In this document: in pieces, positions 1 through 18,089 of the stretch
Position numbering within the stretch: position 1 is the stretch's first letter
How the letters are laid out: each line of letters opens with the position of its first letter
Translations under genes and position numbers: made by a program
Origin: Catajapyx aquilonaris
Taxonomy: Eukaryota
DNA length: 55,512 bases
Direction of reading: 5' to 3'
Assembly (NCBI GenBank): GCA_000934665.2
Contig: KZ538092.1
Location: forward strand, 186,001 to 241,512
Notes under the pieces: generated by a model
Database searches by the model: none
What the model saw: only the letters and a program-made list of their open reading frames with translations
What the model was told of the DNA's origin: nothing

Positions 1-4348
<4,348 letters not shown>

Positions 4349-6638
4349 CGGACGTCGTGGATTGGTGGGACAGGGAGTTGGAGAAATGTGAGGTGTAGGA
4401 AGGAAAAGAAGGCAGTGTGCTGGTGGGGGACGGAAGGGGAAGTTGGAGTGGAGAGCAGGGAAGGGGAGGAGGTGGGGAAGAGCTGTTGCTGTTGCAAGGG
4501 TTGGTGGTAGTGCGATAGTCAACCATTGTTAATGCAGATTTCAGGCAAGGATTAGTGGAACCATGGTACCCTATTTTTATGATGGGTTTTACTTCGTGAC
4601 TTTTGTTTCACTTTCTTGACTTTGCATTTACTGCGAGTACAGCCAGGTTTGCAATGATGCAACTTTTTTTTTTTTAATGTACCAGTTGTGGTGTTATAAG
4701 CAAGGAGCAAACAACTGCTGTAAAGTTAAATTTTATTGTGTGGTACATGATGCCTAAGTCTCTGTGCACCTAAATGCTGAGTGGTAAAGAGGCTGCATGT
4801 GTTGCAGCAGCATTTATTAACGAGCTGACCTTGCTGAAAATGACCAGACTGTTTACACAAAAAGTGACTATGACAATATGAGTAATGTAGTGGTACTGTT
4901 AATAATTCGTGATGGGATCACAGGGACTTTCGCTGCATCATGTACTCAAGGCGTTGCTTGATTTCTCCCAAGATGTGCATGGGTAACGTGTGACCAGATC
5001 AGTGTCTTTTGAGTTTTAGAGCCGACTTTTCTTGCATAACGCCGTCCATTTGATTCTGCAAAGAAATATTATGTGGCATTAAACTTGGCTTGAAATTGCG
5101 CTTGAAGTGGAGCTATACATACAGTATAATTTTTTAAAGAGGGAACCCTGGTTAGGCATTGTTGTAGCTGGTTGCATAATTGGGTTTCCTTCACCTGCAT
5201 GTTGCTTATTGAAGGAGGTAGAGTACAGACCAAGTAAATACTGTTGATCAATTGAGGCATGCATTTAATTTTTCTCCCTATGCATTTGAAGAACCATATT
5301 GAAGTTTAATTTTTTTTAAACTACATTCTTGTACAGAATGTGTGGTTATAAGTCAAGACTGCTCCTTTAGTTGTGATGTCCTAATTGGATAGACGAGAGA
5401 GTAAAAGTAGCTGTTCAGGTTTTAATCTGGTAACTACTACTAGCGTCAGGAATGTTATGGATAATAAATAATGACTGTGACTTAATGTAGCATGTTGATG
5501 ATGAAGGATTTTGATCTAGCATCTCTCTCTCTCTCCCCCTGTTGTGTCCGATGGTAACCCAATACTTTCTCTCTTTTAACTGGAGTCGTACTTTTGACTG
5601 TGATATCTAATTGGAAGCCCTGGTTATAATAGAGAGTCCATTGATTCAACCCTGCGTCTGGCAAGAGCACAAAACCTGCCAAATGGAATTCCTTCCATCT
5701 CCGTATTTAATGGAGTTGCGGGGGAACCGGATGACACCATCCTGTACAGTCCTAGGGAAATCTTCCCCATCAATCGCAAAGTAGGGGATATAAACCTTAC
5801 CCAATTTTCTCCTCCTGGTGACAAGGAAACAGTTTGATCCCTGTGATAAAGTGTCCCAGCACAATTACGTTGTTTTTTTTGTGTGTGTTTGTGCATTTGT
5901 TTATTCCTAAGTTATATGGTAATGATTCTGTTTCTCCGAGCGGACAGAGTGGGTGATAACGAGGAAGGAAACTAGTGACCAATGTATTGTTAGATCAGGT
6001 GACTTTTACTGTCACTTGTAACCTTGACTGCTGGTACTTGTTATTGTGCTGTAAATATACTTAATTCATTTACCTGTCCTTGTCCCCATTTTATTGTGCC
6101 ATCACCTTGCATTTCAGCGACTAGTGGAATTTACTCCCGAAAGTTCTGGCAGGAAGTGCAGAAATTTGCTGACAAAAGCGTTTATGCAGTTATGTTTGGC
6201 CCATGTAATGAGCGACTTGCGGAAAATAGAACCGATGGTAAATTTCAGACACTATATGTTGGACGTGACATTTAAGTGCCACTAACTTTCGAACATGGGC
6301 TTCGGAGTATATGCCTACTACTTGGGTGGCATGATCCAATAATGAGTGCAATTTATTTCTGTCATTGTGAAATGCAGGCAATGAGGATTTCTTAATTATT
6401 TTATTTTGCCGTAGTTGGCTGTTTCACCTCTTGCATTGCTGAAGATGCCACCAGCGTGATCTGAGTTGACGTCAGGACACCCAAGCCCGACTCCAATTAG
6501 ATCATTTTAAAAGCACTTTGGACACAATTGGCATTAATGCGTGTTTCACCAATTTTTTAACAATTACTGGACTTGGCTGTTATATTCGTTTCCATTATAG
6601 TGAACATTTTAGGAAGGAAAATGCATGGACCGACTTGT

Positions 6639-6644
6639 AATAAA
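6639..6644 (+). terminator. Candidate distal poly(A) signal (AATAAA) of tankyrase; a proximal candidate lies at 5463-5468
   Basis: AATAAA followed by a U-rich tract; use in vivo cannot be shown from sequence. Confidence 0.4.
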
Positions 6645-6777
6645 AGGTTCCTTTTTATCTCTGGACTTATCAGTGCAGCCAAGAGATTAGACCATCCTGT
6701 GCTTATTGGGATGTGAGCAGTGCTTGATTGGTGTGAAAGTGAGCTGCATGACCCTCATGCACCGAGCCAGTGTTGCA

Positions 6778-9115
6778 ATGCTTGCAAGGATGGTTTTAAT
6801 TTGTGTCGTCGCATCTGGATGTCTCGCCCCTTGCATCACCGAAGATGTCACCCGGATCATCAAAGTCGGTGTCAGGGGCCCTCCGTTGGGATCTCTGTCA
6901 CACTTTTGGACCAGCACTGGCTTCTGGTAATGGACAATTAAGTTTTAGGGCGACATAACATGGATGGCACGCATGTACTCCAGCTGATTGAACAAAGTGG
7001 TTGGCACTTTACTTTGGGATTTAATGCATCACTGTACATGTCACTGATATGATCGTTTGGAGGTGTCAGATGCATAATGTATGATTTTTGAAGCCCACCA
7101 GATCCGCACCAGAAAGCATACCAGTTTATGCTTGGTCCAGATATGAGGATGAATCTGGCTCTGATCAGTTCCCTTCCTGGAGATGGGATAAGCCATGTTC
7201 GGATGCACTGGCTGCTTGACCTTATCACAAGGTCGGTGACTATAGTTCAGAGGGCAATGGTCCCTCTAATTTTACTGTATATTATTTTCCTGCATTGAAT
7301 TCACAGGGAGCAAAGCCGATACAATTTCGAGCACTTGGATTCACTTCTGGATTGGATGAACGATCTGAAGATGAAACCTGGGTTTGAACTCATGGGAAAT
7401 CCATCCAACTGGTTTTCAGATTTTGAGGATTCCAAGCAAGTTGAAGAATGGAAAAAGCTGGTTCTGATTTTGGCCAGTAGATACATAGGTGCGGACACAT
7501 TTCTATGCCCAAAATGTGATTTTACAAGCATGTACTGTACAGGTAGATATGGACTGGATTATGTAAAGGACTGGAGGTTTGAAACCTGGAATGAGCCAGA
7601 TCACCACGATTTTGATGGACTGAATTTTACTCAGGAAGGTATATGTAAACCACTTCCAATTACTGTATACTTACCTCCAGCTAATTAAGTCTCCTTATTC
7701 TGCAAAAAGGCTTCGTCAACTACTACGATGCGTGTGTCACAGCATTGTCATCGGTCCATCCCAGCCTCCAGTTGGGATCCCCTGCCGGATCATGCCATCT
7801 GGACAGATCACCCCTGTGCTGGCACCTCCTGGAGCACTGCGATGGACTTCCTGATGTCATGAAGCCCACTTTCATCTCTTTCCACAAAAAGGGACAAATG
7901 GAGGTCCAGTCAATCATACAGAAGGAGTTGGACACAACTGAACGGATCCGATTGCTCTACCCGAATTTAAGACATGTTCCTGTCGTCAACGAGTGCGTAT
8001 GATCTGTACATGTTGAGAGCTTAACTAATAATTAATTTCAGTGAAGCTGACCCTCTGGTGGGCTGGTCACGTCCTCACGACTGGCGAGCCGATGTCAGAT
8101 ACGCGTCTCTTGTAGCTCTCAGTGTGATTTTGCACCAACAGCAGATCATTCGCAAGAACATATCCCTCGCTTTCATCAGCAATGACAACGGGTTTCTCTC
8201 TTACCATCCATTTCATTTTGAACAAAGGACTCTTTTGGCCAGGTATATGTGACACCCATGTGTGGAATCTTCACGTGTTGTCCTATCAGGTTTCAGATGA
8301 ATCTGACCAAACCGTCTCATGTGCAGTTCATCCGGAAGCCTGTGTTCGCATCAATGGCTTTATTATCAATGATGGGCAATAAGGAACTGCAGGTCACGAT
8401 TCGACCTGACCCCGGGTAAGGCATGGAATTCCATAATAATCTGAGAGTGATCAACTGGGAGTTACAGATCGATGCAAGTGATGGCCACGCAGCATCCGGA
8501 CGGCTGGACCATTCTTCTCGTCCGCAACGACGGTGTCCGAAATGACTCTGGCGATATCGTCAAGACGCGTCTGATTCTACAGGGATGCTCAGCGGAAATG
8601 TACGGTTCGGTGACATATGCAATAGACGGAAGATGGAATGACCCATGGCGGGAGTGGAAGGCCATGGGGAAGCCTGCTTTTCCGTCCAGAGGTCAACTGG
8701 CTCGGTTGAGGAAATTGGAGGGACCTCGTCGCGTGTCAATGGTGCAGAAGATGAAGCGATGCAAGTGGAATCTGAGGCTGTCATTGCCCAGCGTGTGGAC
8801 CGTGGTTGTTTGCAAGAAGGGTCCGGATCCACCTGGGCAGGTGTCCGGACTGATCGCCATCAACGTCACCTTCAATGACGTCCTTCTCCTCTGGGATGAC
8901 GCCCACGTGTCAACGCGGTAGGTCCGCAACTTGTCAACTCAGTGATGCTGTGCGGTGACACGCCTGTCAACCCCCGTCGTAATTAATAATTGATCTAATC
9001 TACAGATGCATCCAGACCTACATCGTGGAACACTCGGTCAGACAAACCGGGGAATTTCGCAGGGTCAACAGACACCCGGTCATTTACACATCATATCAGC
9101 GCACTATACTCAAAG
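6778..9115 (+). CDS. IDUA: Alpha-L-iduronidase (GH39); terminal exon not located
   Basis: Exons 6778-6926, 7094-7231, 7307-7488, 7543-7638, 7710-7992, 8042-8242, 8290-8415, 8468-8917, 9006-9115. Signal peptide, then FWTSTGFCPP, VRMHWLLDL, PGFELMGNPS, acid/base motif FETWNEPD, nucleophile motif NDEADPLVGW, FEQRTLLARFQMN and a C-terminal FN3-like start (PPGQV...LLWDD...RCIQTY). An alternative in-frame ATG lies at 6748. Confidence 0.93.
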
Positions 9116-12100
9116 GTAAGTTTCGTGTGATTATTCAACGGAAAATATATTGAAAATTGTCCGTTATGCAAAGCAAAACAAAATTTTCGCAATGGACGAT
9201 ATGATGAAATTTTCAAACTAGTAGTAGTCGTCATAAAATTAGGCTGAATGCAAAGATGGCCTAGAAAATGTGGGATCAACCCTTGACCTCGGATGTAGAT
9301 TTAAAGTAGGTCGTTTATAAGTGTGTAATATCGGAATTTATGGGGTATGATTTGGCCTCCTATTCGCCGCAATTGAAGACCTCGCAAAAAGTCACATTTC
9401 CCCACAAAAAATAGGGAAAAGAATCAAAACATTCGAATGTGCAAATTAATAGATTATACCACAATTTTTCCTTAATTTATTTGATGAAACTGACTCTTGG
9501 TCAACTGTTTGCTAAGGTTTGCTTGAGACTAAAATTGTTGGAACACCCTGTAGTCTTGCCCATTGTGGCCGAATGACTAATCCGTTGGTTCCTCTCTTCG
9601 GAAGAGCAATTACGAAATGATTCTGATGGGGAATTCAGGCCCAAACACACCCGATGACGTGTTGGGACGTCTGCCACCCCCGAACAGACTGTCTATAAAA
9701 AGGCGGGCCCGGAGTATAATGAGTAAGAGTAAAGGTGGGCGGTGTAAGTGAGGTCAACGTCTCGTCTTTTCCTTCGTCGCCTTCAATAATTACCAACAAC
9801 AACAATCTCGCACCGACACAAAAAAAGAGTTTAAAACACGCTTTTACTCGTAGGTGGTACCTCCTGGCAAGAAAAGGTGCGTGGATTGTACCGCATAATT
9901 GCCCAGGACTTTTGGGGAAGGATGGGACCTCCTTCGAAGACCATCTCATATTAAGCAAGCCTCTGTGTGTGACTTATGTGCCTTCGCCACAGGTGACCCC
10001 CTATTCAAGAAAACCGGATCGGTATATTTCGCCAACATTGTCTCCAGGATGTCACCCTGGGGGGTCTACCACACGTTTTAATGACGTCACGTGGATCTCT
10101 GATTTAATAGAATTGGAAACATCGGCCTTGTTGTTAGGTTTGTAAAAAATAACCAGCTGATGAGGTCAGCTCTTCTTGTCAAATTAGATCTACAAATCAC
10201 ACCAATGCAAGTCAGGGAGGGGCTATAAGGGTGAGAGAATGTAACCAAGAGATGTTGACGTCACCTCCACCTTGAAGTCAAAATCTGCCACGCTGCATTT
10301 CAATCCTCGTAATACAGGACTGATAAAGTGAGCAGTTTTTTTTATACAAGCCTGCCTACTTTTTCCTGCTGTCAGGATGTGAAAAGGGTGCGATTTTTAT
10401 CGCCAGTTGGTATGTAAAAAAAATTGCTTATTTACACCTGAGATCGATACGCAATTGGTGAATATGTAACAAAAAATTGGTCAAAAATGTTTCCCATGTG
10501 GGGATTATGCAATTATTTTTTGGCATATAATTCTGGACTTGAACCGTATGCTCGTAAATACCACCAAATTGATGGTAATACCTGTTTTATAAGCATCATA
10601 ACTTTTGTGAAGATAAAAGGGAATTTAATGCGATTCGGTGGACTCAAGTGAAGATGTCAGCTTTTTTTGCGATGTACATCCCACACGACCGCAGAAAATA
10701 TGCAGTTTGAGGCCATATTTTTTGACGTAAAGTTACGCAACTGGTCAATTCATTTTGTGAAAACTGCTATGCTAACAATGGCGATGTAATGGCGGTCAAG
10801 GTTGTGGACACGTCAAGATGTGCAAGAAATGTGACTAGAAAGGACAAAGTTCAATTGGAGCAGCGCAGCTGCATCTTTTGCTGCCAAAAGGAATATATCC
10901 CCCACAAAATTTAAAAAAGAAAAAGAAAACATGTAACCATTTTGGTGCCTAGAAGTGGTTTTGCCTTTTTGGGGACGAATGGAAAAAGGCTTTCCTGATC
11001 TTGACCTGTGCCCAAGACGTGCCTCTCTCTTCCGTATATCTCACCACGTTTTTGCGATTTCCCCTGCCCATCCGCAATTTTTTCGTCGAATCCAACCGAA
11101 CAAGATGTAATAAATAAATAGATGGCCAGTAGGTTTTTATAAGCAGATAAAAAAACAAGGCGGAAGGATGAATGGCGATAATTCAAAGATCCAAAGAAGG
11201 CGCCGTTAAAGTGTGATGTGGGCGTTAAGGGTTAGCACCAGGTGTGCATACACACACACACATATATATACACCTGTTGACCAATCCCAACAAAACATAT
11301 ACACCACTTTGCCATCAGTCTCACCTTTATCTTGACCCTCGGAGGAGTCGTGCCCATGTATATCTAGATGTCTTAAGGATGGGTTTGAATGAATGGTGTA
11401 GTGTAAGCCTGATCCTTGAGTTTCGGAGTGGACTAATTAAGTCCGAATCAGGTAGACAGGTTTTGTAGGTCAACTGGGTATAAGAGGCGTGAGGGAAATA
11501 TTGGATCAACAAGCTGCTAAGGGGGAGAGAGAGAAAAAGAAGAGGAAAGAGCGATATATTATATTTTATTAATGGTTTAAGGCAGATCACGTCCTGACAT
11601 TAGTCTGCCAAAACCGCATTTGGACTGGAATCCATCTCTGTCCTCCTCCTTAGTTATAACAGTTGGATAACTAACTTAATCCATGTATGGAGATACCGGA
11701 CATTATGTTTTGCATATACCATCAAGAACATGACAAGTTTGTAAAATTCAACTAGGACTTTCTGGACCGGACCGCCGAAAATGTAGCTTACTCGCATATT
11801 ATGTGGCATAAAATATATTTGGCATGTATGTACGCGTGTGTGGCGCTGTTCCCTCTATTTCTCTTCCAATAATTAACGGTCATGAATGGAACATGGCTTG
11901 GAGGAAAAAGTACTGTACGATTTGAGGTGAAGGTTAAGAGAGTGCGTGCAGCTCAACCTCAGAGTCTTATTTTTTTTATTTTGTTTGTATGGGTTGGTAC
12001 TTATTTGATTGGCAAGTCTATGAATGAGTGTCTGACTCCTTTTACGGACATCTGATAAACATTTTATTTCATGAACGACCGGATCGTGTGTGTGTGTGTG

Positions 12101-12421
12101 TGTGTGCAAAGTCTAGACCCAACCCAGCCCCAAACCCGATCTGATGAGAAAGGCGGAAGACATGCGATTTTTTTTTTTGCATGTGTGTGTGTGTGTCTGT
12201 TTTCGTTTCGCTAACATCCAAACGAATCGGGGCGGAGTATCTCCTGTCGGAAGAGAACACAAACGTAACTTGACAAAAATGCAAAAGTTTTGAAGGAATG
12301 AAAGGGATGTGTTGAGAGGTTGTCCCATAAGGATGTTTTTGCAGGAACGCTATTTTTTGCTAACCCAAATTTTTGGCCAGTACACCTCTGAAATAATTTT
12401 CAGTGGTCATCGGTTCATTTC

Positions 12422-12678
12422 ACTCAACCTTTTCCTTGATATTTTCCTTCTGTGTGTTTTTTTTTAAATTTTAAATCCTTTAACGCAATATTTGGTCCAG
12501 CAATAACTCGTAGTTTATATTGGACCAAATAGTGAGCAGAAAATCTTAATGTCAATGCAATAGTGTTTAAGATTTTCTACTCAATATTTGGTCCCAATAA
12601 CTACTGATGTTTAAGAGTTATTGGACCAAATATTGCGTTAAATTTAAAAAAAAACAGAAGGAAATATCAAGGTTGAGT
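12422..12678. mobile_element. ~257-bp foldback/MITE-like imperfect palindrome
   Basis: actcaacc...ttccttctg...ttaacgcaatatttggtcca pairs with tggaccaaatattgcgttaa...cagaaggaaatatcaaggttgagt; a nested inner inverted repeat reuses the ttggaccaaata motif. Confidence 0.75.
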
Positions 12679-13499
12679 CAATCAATTCAATTCTGTATTT
12701 TTTTAAAAAAAAATACGCATGCTGAGTCTTGTCTAACAAAGTGATGATTTTCTATATGAGCTTTTTCTCACTTTACTATGGTACTGATAAGACGAGAAGT
12801 ACCGAAAAACCTGACCTAATATTTTCAATCTTGTGTTGGTCCAGAAATGAGGTTAAATCACGGCGCAGCATAAGACAGGCGGGGGGATCAACCCGTTAAT
12901 AATTAAGCCTAACTTTATTGTTGACATTGATCCTTGACCTCATCATCCGTTATATGAACATGTGGCCTACTTATTGATAGCTGACACCCTTATTACAACG
13001 TGCTGTATGTTCCAGCACGGGAGGGGGGGAAAAAAATCGATCATTCTGGGAGCTTGTATCTTATCCCCCCACTAATTGCAAACTGATTGATTTACATACA
13101 CACTTTATATGACCAGCACTCTCGTGTCGCACTGTGGAGTTTTATTGCCCGTCTGTTAATCTCAAAAAGGCGGGCCGAGATGTCGCATTTTGGATGATTT
13201 CCCAAATGCAATGGAGGTTTACGACGAAGAGGAAAGTGCAATTCAAGGCCAGCCAGAAAGGCAAAGAGTGTTAGTCTCCTCCGGATCGAGCCATTGGTGC
13301 ACACCCAGAAGGGGTTTGAGGGTTGGGTGGCTTGGAGGGGGGGTTGGCAGCCAGTGTATGTGAGAATTCATAGTGCATGGTGTGTGTGTGAGAGAGGGGG
13401 TGGTTAGGGGCGGTTTTGGTCTGGTCGCGTCATTCTGTCTGGCTCGGCCACCAGGACAAGCAGGCAGTACCAGTCTGGGGAAGCCCGCCGAAGAAGTGG

Positions 13500-16400
13500 A
13501 TGACCATGGTGGTTCTGTCTCTCTTGCTGGCCATGGCTGCTGCGGCGTCTGCGGCGTCCACGGCGTCATCATGCGAGCCCGATAAACTCACCGTATACAA
13601 AGTGATGCTCAACACCTTCTGGACCAGAGACAAATTTCCGAAGCAGTTTCCAGAGTGGAGACCTCCTGCGCAATGGTCCAAGTTGATCGGTAAGTCTCTA
13701 ATGTCAGATTTCAACCGAAGTACGATTGATAAGAATTGAATTCAGAGAGGTTTCCACAATATTTAAATTTCCTTTGCCCAGACTTACTCTTAATTTTTTG
13801 CCCCATACTTCAGATGAATTTTTTGGAGTATAGTTGCAATGCACCTAATACCGGATTGATGTATGGGTAATGCGATACCATGTGCGTGAATGGCTAACGA
13901 GAGCTTGCAGCACATACGCGCATAAGTAGAAAAATGTTTGCTCAACGATTACTTGTAAGCATCAAGTTACGTCACATTTTTGTTAACGGCTGCGAAAGTT
14001 GTCCCCACATGAATCTTGATAGCAACAGGTGTATATGCAGATTTTTGTTTTTTTATTTTCTCGCGCGGCGTACACACCCCCACATCAATAAAATATGTAC
14101 AGAACCGTGTCGACATCGAAATATGTCTTCATTAGCACCCTTATCAGCCAGGAGTGGTCACATTACCCTGAAAGGAGTGATCGGAACCAAAAGAAACGAG
14201 CGGACAAATTACAATCGTGGTGACAATGACGTACATGACAAGGTTCAAAGGAAACTGGTCTCGACCTGTTTGCCACACTGCCAAAATCTAGATAGACACC
14301 TGAGGGTGGAGGGGGGGACAGGAGACAGAGAGAAAGAAATGCAAAGACATTTAGTACTAATAGCATTGCATTGTGGAAAGTAGGGGGAGTCATATTGGGT
14401 GGAGCAATGAGAGGAGGCAATTGGAGCACACCTGATGACCTTCTCTTTGGTCACCCTTCTCTTTTCGCTCCTTGGGCTTCCTCAGATGCCTGCTTGTTCC
14501 ACTTCTTTATTTTATTTCCCCCCCCCCCCCCACCCATCAGTGTCTGACCCTCCCTCCTTCAAAAACCATGGTTGTGAACAACTGGTCCCAAAATAAATGT
14601 CCCACACTCATCCTATTCCATTCTGGCTACTGATAGTAGCCATCTTTGTTGTGCTTGGCAGACACTTTGGCAGGGACGACGACCCTACCTGACTGACACA
14701 TTCCTGCGAGATGACATTCGGTCGGATTTTGCAGATTCTCCTATACGTATACGCCTTATGCAATATCCTTTTTTATTTGCATCCGGGAGTCAGCCTTTGA
14801 GGAGCCGATTCAGACATGCCTTTTTCTTCCTCCAAAATATCTATTTCTCCACACGCTGCTGGCACGCTTTTGTACGCCAGCAGAATCTGATAAATTATAT
14901 GATATTCTCAGACACGACGCTTTCGTTGCGTCAGGATTCCCACGTATACAAAAATGATCACGAAGGTTTTTGGAGACGTAAAATGTTTGAATACACGCCG
15001 AGATAAAAAGGACCTCAATTTTGGCATAAAGTAATACAAATGGAAAAATTATTTCTAGCTTCTTCAGGCATGTAGATAGGGCAAGATCATCTTAGCTGTC
15101 ATCTCGAGAAAGAGTAGTGACATAATGCCAATTTATTCAAATATGACTCGATTAATTTTGTCGCAATTCATTTTCACAGGCAATAAAAATTGTTATTATT
15201 TGCTCTAATTCAGCTGTCCGCATGGGATTGTGTTTCTAATTTTTTTGTATATTCAATCAATACTATTTACTATGTGAATTATTGTAGTAAAATCTTACAT
15301 GAGTTCTGAAAGTCGCTCAAAACGAATTGCAAAAATATTTCACCGAGCATGTCACTTTCCGTATAGCTTTTGGCTCCGGTCTTGACTGCGTGCTCGGTTT
15401 TTGTGGACTTGTCAACATATTTTGTTTTTCCGGCCTTGCATGCGGTAAATATTTACTCGTTGCGCAGGGACACGCGGAAGACGACTCATCTCACAAAGTT
15501 TCTCAGAGAGTTTGCGGATGAGGGTGTCCCTCTCATAAAAGGCCCGAGCCGCCTTGCTCCAGACGGAGGCTGACTCATTCCCCTCCACTGCTTGGGACAG
15601 CAGGCATTTTCAGGTCACTCTTTACAGCTCCTCCTATATATGTTGCACTCTCCCAAATATCTTTTGTGCCACTGGACTTGTGTGTGTCCTTATGCAGTTG
15701 CGCTGCTCAACCTTCACACCGTCAGAATGACGTGACGCATCTTTACAGAGCTACAGGATTGTTTCAAAGAGGCGCGCATCCTTTCAACAGTTACATGACG
15801 GCCTTCTTTCTCTTCTTCTTCTTCTTCTTTTTTTTGTATTGCTGCTTTTAGCTGGGTTTATTTTGGTAGCTTCTGACGGCTATATGTGGACAAGTCATTA
15901 ACTTCGGAAGTTATGTGGCGATTTGGTACGCCCGATAAATTATTTTGAGTCTTTCATTGCACTCTTTTTTTCGTCCAGACATTTTAGATGCAATTTTGAT
16001 TGATGACTAACTTGCCTTGTAATAATTTTTTTTGTTAGGTCGATCTCATGATCGAAGCTATGTGCTGTTTCGATTGGGACAGAAGGCGTCCAAAGGCCTG
16101 AAGGTGTTTGCAGAGAATGGACAGTCGGACGCCCTGGACGCCCAATCTCAAGGAGAAGGCGGCGTCTATGATGAGTTCAACGCGCCGCCGATCACTACAG
16201 GCGGAGGAAGAACCGAAGCCGAATTTTTCATCGATGGAAACCATTCCCGGGTAATAAAGAAAACTACCGCATTCTCTTCCCCATATTTTATTTTTCCAAG
16301 GACATACAGCCGCGCACAGCTAGACAGAAAAAAAAAACTATTCGAGAGATTCTGGATCGTGACAAGAACACGTTGCACAACAGGCAGGTAACAAGACTAT

Positions 16401-18089
16401 AAATCGTACCGTTTTCGCAGGTATCTCTCATCTCCAGAATGGTTCCCTCCCCGGATTGGTTCATCGGGTTGGACAGCTTTGACCTGTGCGTGGGTGGCAA
16501 ATGGATCGACAGCGTAACTATCGAGGTATACTATACAACAAGGGTGAAAGGAGGTTGTCCGCCTTTGTGGACAAATGACATCATTGTCTGGTCTCTTTTT
16601 GTCGGCAGGTGGACCCCCTGGACGCGGGCACAGACAACGGATTCACCTTCACGGCGCCTAACTGGGCCACCGAACCTCAAGGGGTCATCTACCGGGTAAC
16701 CAGCAGCTATCCCTCGCATCCGGCCAGCTCATTCAGATATTCGCATCTGAGCAAGCTGCCGCCTATTGCATCCTTCCAGTTCCTCAAGGTGAGACCTCGA
16801 CCTTTTCCTCATCTCCCACTGGAATAATTTACGCCATAATAATTTACGTAAGAAATCCGCTCGGGGATGTCCAATTATAAACGACACTTTTGCAGGTGAA
16901 GGAGTACGAGCTGAGCCAGGTGTTCAACCACTCTGAGGAAGACCACTGGGAGGTTCTTCAACTTGAGCATCTTCCTAGTCCAGATGAGGACAAGACCAAT
17001 GACATTTTGTCCAATGAGTTGTCCCCAAAGTCGTCGTCAAGGGTGCTGCCTCGACCGCCGTCCACTATGGCTCCTCCAGTCGTGAGAAAAGTTCACCATC
17101 CGCATACCACCTACGCTCCTGAGGTGACCTTTCACAACAACAACCTGCTGCTGGAGTCGGATGAGGTGTCGGTCGTGTCCAAGCCTCCCAACAAGAGGAG
17201 GAAGGACAAGAAGAGGCGAAACCATCAGAGGAGGATTAAGAAAATGAGTTAGTATCATGTGTCAGAACAACGTGCCGTAAGACCCACGTTTGAAAAAACC
17301 TTTTATTTTTTTATACTGTACTCTAACAGAAACATCGATTAAGTTTGAGCAAATGGTAAGAATGGCTATATGGCTATAGTGAGACTGGCCAACTCAGGTA
17401 ACATTGCTCTTGAACGAGAGCCACGTTTCCTTGTAGTGAGATAAATGTTATTGCCAATTTTATTACTGCGCAACTAATTGCTAGGGCATGTTGGAGCATA
17501 AATTATTAAGCAAAACATATGGCAGTCGAGCAAATCTGCGTATTTCCGGGAACACGCTTTTAATATTTTGCGGATGTGAAGACAAGGTCATTTACCAGAG
17601 GTCTGGAGTCTCTTTCTTATATAGGCAAGTTTCAGGGATGTTGGACAGTAATACCCGATAATTCAGGTTACATAAAGTACATTTCAACTTATTTAAATAT
17701 TTATTACAATAGGCTATATTGATTTCCTTTATGAATACATACAACGTGTTCCTAGTGTACTACTGTAGTAAAAATACTGCCACTCTCAAGTCGTGCGGGA
17801 GGTAGTGGTACTATCAGGTCGGACAAATATCGGACGGAGAGAATAAGCGGATTAGAATAAAGATGCATTGCTGTAACTTACACGTTTTATAGGACCTCCG
17901 AGGGATTGCCGAGTGTCAGAATGGGGACCATGGTCCTTGTGCAGCAAGACCTGCGGCATCGGAGAGATGACGAGGACCAGGGAGGTGTTGGCCCACGCCC
18001 GAAGAGGAGGACGCATCTGTCCTCCTCTCAAGGACCGTCGCTGGTGCGGAAGCGCAAGGGCCTGCGCCAAGAGCTACTTCAAGTGGTAA
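13500..18089 (+). CDS. SPON2: Spondin-2/mindin-like protein, paralogue 1 (signal peptide, Spondin_N, linker, TSP1)
   Basis: Exons 13500-13689 (alternative ATG 13506), 16039-16250, 16421-16525, 16609-16788, 16896-17247, 17893-18089. Motifs FPKQFPEWRPPAQWSKLIGRSH, PSPDWFIG, DAGTDNGFTFTAPN and TSP1 DCRVSEWGPWSLCSKTCG. Confidence 0.92.
17777..17864. repeat. Dispersed ~90-bp repeat, copy 1 (copy 2 at 26909-26997)
   Basis: Both copies share ctgccac..tca.gtcgtgcg...tactatcag.tcggacaaa.atc.gacggagagaataagc...aagatg in the same orientation. Confidence 0.8.

Noticed and set aside
9694..10145. TATAAAA followed by a 136-aa ORF
   Set aside because: GTG start, no recognisable motif, no splice support, and no similarity to the missing IDUA C-terminus.
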